Shown: piece by piece, positions 58,568-59,211 of the stretch | Numbering within the stretch: position 1 is the first letter of the stretch | How the letters are laid out: each line of letters opens with the position of its first letter | Virus record (IMG/VR): IMGVR_UViG_3300030102_004787 | Location: 1-59,211 of that record | Direction: 5' to 3' (one strand) | Length of the DNA: 59,211 bases | DNA from: a virus | Taxonomy: Duplodnaviria > Caudoviricetes | Notes under the pieces: generated by a model | Database searches by the model: none | Told to the model about the DNA's origin: nothing | What the model saw: only the letters and a program-made list of their open reading frames with translations | Program-made: the position numbers and the translations under genes

Positions 58568-58860
58568 TGTCTACGAGTAAAAAAAATATGAAGTGCAATG
58601 TAGTACGTGCTAGCACAAGACCAGGTAAGAAAAAGATGGTAAAAGCGTGTCAAGGTGGTAAAGAAAAGCTAATTCACTTTGGTGCTAAAGGTTATGGGCA
58701 TAACTACAGTGCTGCTGCTAGAAAAAGTTTTAGAGCTAGACATAAGTGTAACACGGCTACATCGAAGTTGACAGCTCGGTATTGGGCGTGTAAACACTTG
58801 TGGGCTGGCAAAGGAGGATCTACTAAGAGCTCTCCTAAATCAAGAAGGGGTAAATATTAA
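58567..58860 (+). CDS. Small basic protein
   Basis: KLIHFGAKGY...RKSFRARHKC...TARYWACKHLW. Confidence 0.75.
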   Translation: MSTSKKNMKCNVVRASTRPGKKKMVKACQGGKEKLIHFGAKGYGHNYSAAARKSFRARHKCNTATSKLTARYWACKHLWAGKGGSTKSSPKSRRGKY

Positions 58861-58864
58861 TTTG

Positions 58865-58872
58865 TATATTTG
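58865..58872 (+). promoter_or_regulatory. Bacteroidota-type -7 promoter element
   Basis: TATATTTG, intergenic. Confidence 0.6.
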
Positions 58873-58887
58873 TAAAAATAAATCACT

Positions 58888-59073
58888 ATGAAAAATTATA
58901 TGTACGGCCTAGGTATGATTGATGGTCGAGAAGTTAATTTGAGACCACAGCCAGAGATGGGGATTTCTAAATTAGCTAGAATGAAAAAAGAAATGAAAAG
59001 GTACGATAAAGTACAGATGATGGCAGAGGCTCAAGAAATGGCTAATGCTAATATTAACTTATTTAAAAAATAA
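58888..59073 (+). CDS. Hypothetical protein
   Basis: 61 aa, Met-rich. Confidence 0.65.
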   Translation: MKNYMYGLGMIDGREVNLRPQPEMGISKLARMKKEMKRYDKVQMMAEAQEMANANINLFKK

Positions 59074-59076
59074 AAA

Positions 59077-59211
59077 ATGAAACAAGGTTACAACGACAGA
59101 CTAGATGAGTCTTTGGGAATGAAGCACAAAGGAGCTCACAAACAATCTATGAAAGACAGACGAGACGAGTCAAAGGGAATGGCTAAAAAAATGACAGGAC
59201 ACGCTTATTCA
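59077..59211 (+). CDS. Small basic protein spanning the circular join (continues to TGA at 175-177; 70 aa)
   Basis: ATG 59077 gives MKQGYNDRLDESLGMKHKGAHKQ..., in frame with position 1, ending ...GHLGKLIKK. Confidence 0.8.
   Translation, partial: MKQGYNDRLDESLGMKHKGAHKQSMKDRRDESKGMAKKMTGHAYS
59113..59210. repeat. Terminal direct repeat, copy 2
   Basis: Identical to 1-98; the next base differs (T99 vs A59211). Confidence 0.97.

Noticed and set aside
783-58653. Numerous antisense or nested ORFs in the six-frame track (e.g. 783..1094, 11142..11624, 55433..55759, 57638..58141)
   Set aside because: They are shadows of well-supported genes on the opposite strand or another frame, with no motifs.

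Overview
The window is an apparently complete, circularly assembled genome of about 59.1 kb (bases 1-98 repeat at 59113-59210) from an AT-rich, lytic, podovirus-like dsDNA phage. The host is very likely Bacteroidota/Flavobacteriia, judged from repeated TAnnTTTG promoters and A-rich leaders without Shine-Dalgarno sites. The plus-strand arm (52.8 kb through the join to 39.1 kb) encodes GroEL/GroES, a cluster of tiny basic proteins, four LamG-domain proteins (11 domains), lysis genes, a second GroES-like protein, terminase, portal, scaffold, major capsid, tail proteins and three ejection-type proteins up to 2383 aa. The minus-strand arm (51.9 to 39.1 kb) encodes small early ORFs, a Gp88-like Cys-motif protein, ERF recombinase, exonuclease, a putative SSB, primase-helicase, SF2 helicase, nucleases and two DnaA-domain-IV-like proteins. 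I recognised no DNA polymerase, integrase, reverse transcriptase or CRISPR array. The most notable unexplained signals are non-coding: (1) a candidate late small RNA whose loop is antisense to early-gene leaders; (2) an enlarged non-canonical tRNA-like RNA next to the Gp88-like gene; (3) an H-type pseudoknot before the putative SSB gene; (4) two inverted 95-bp elements bracketing the early region; (5) near-identical DNA connectors flanking divergent LamG cores. All family assignments come from recognising motifs by eye, not from database searches.
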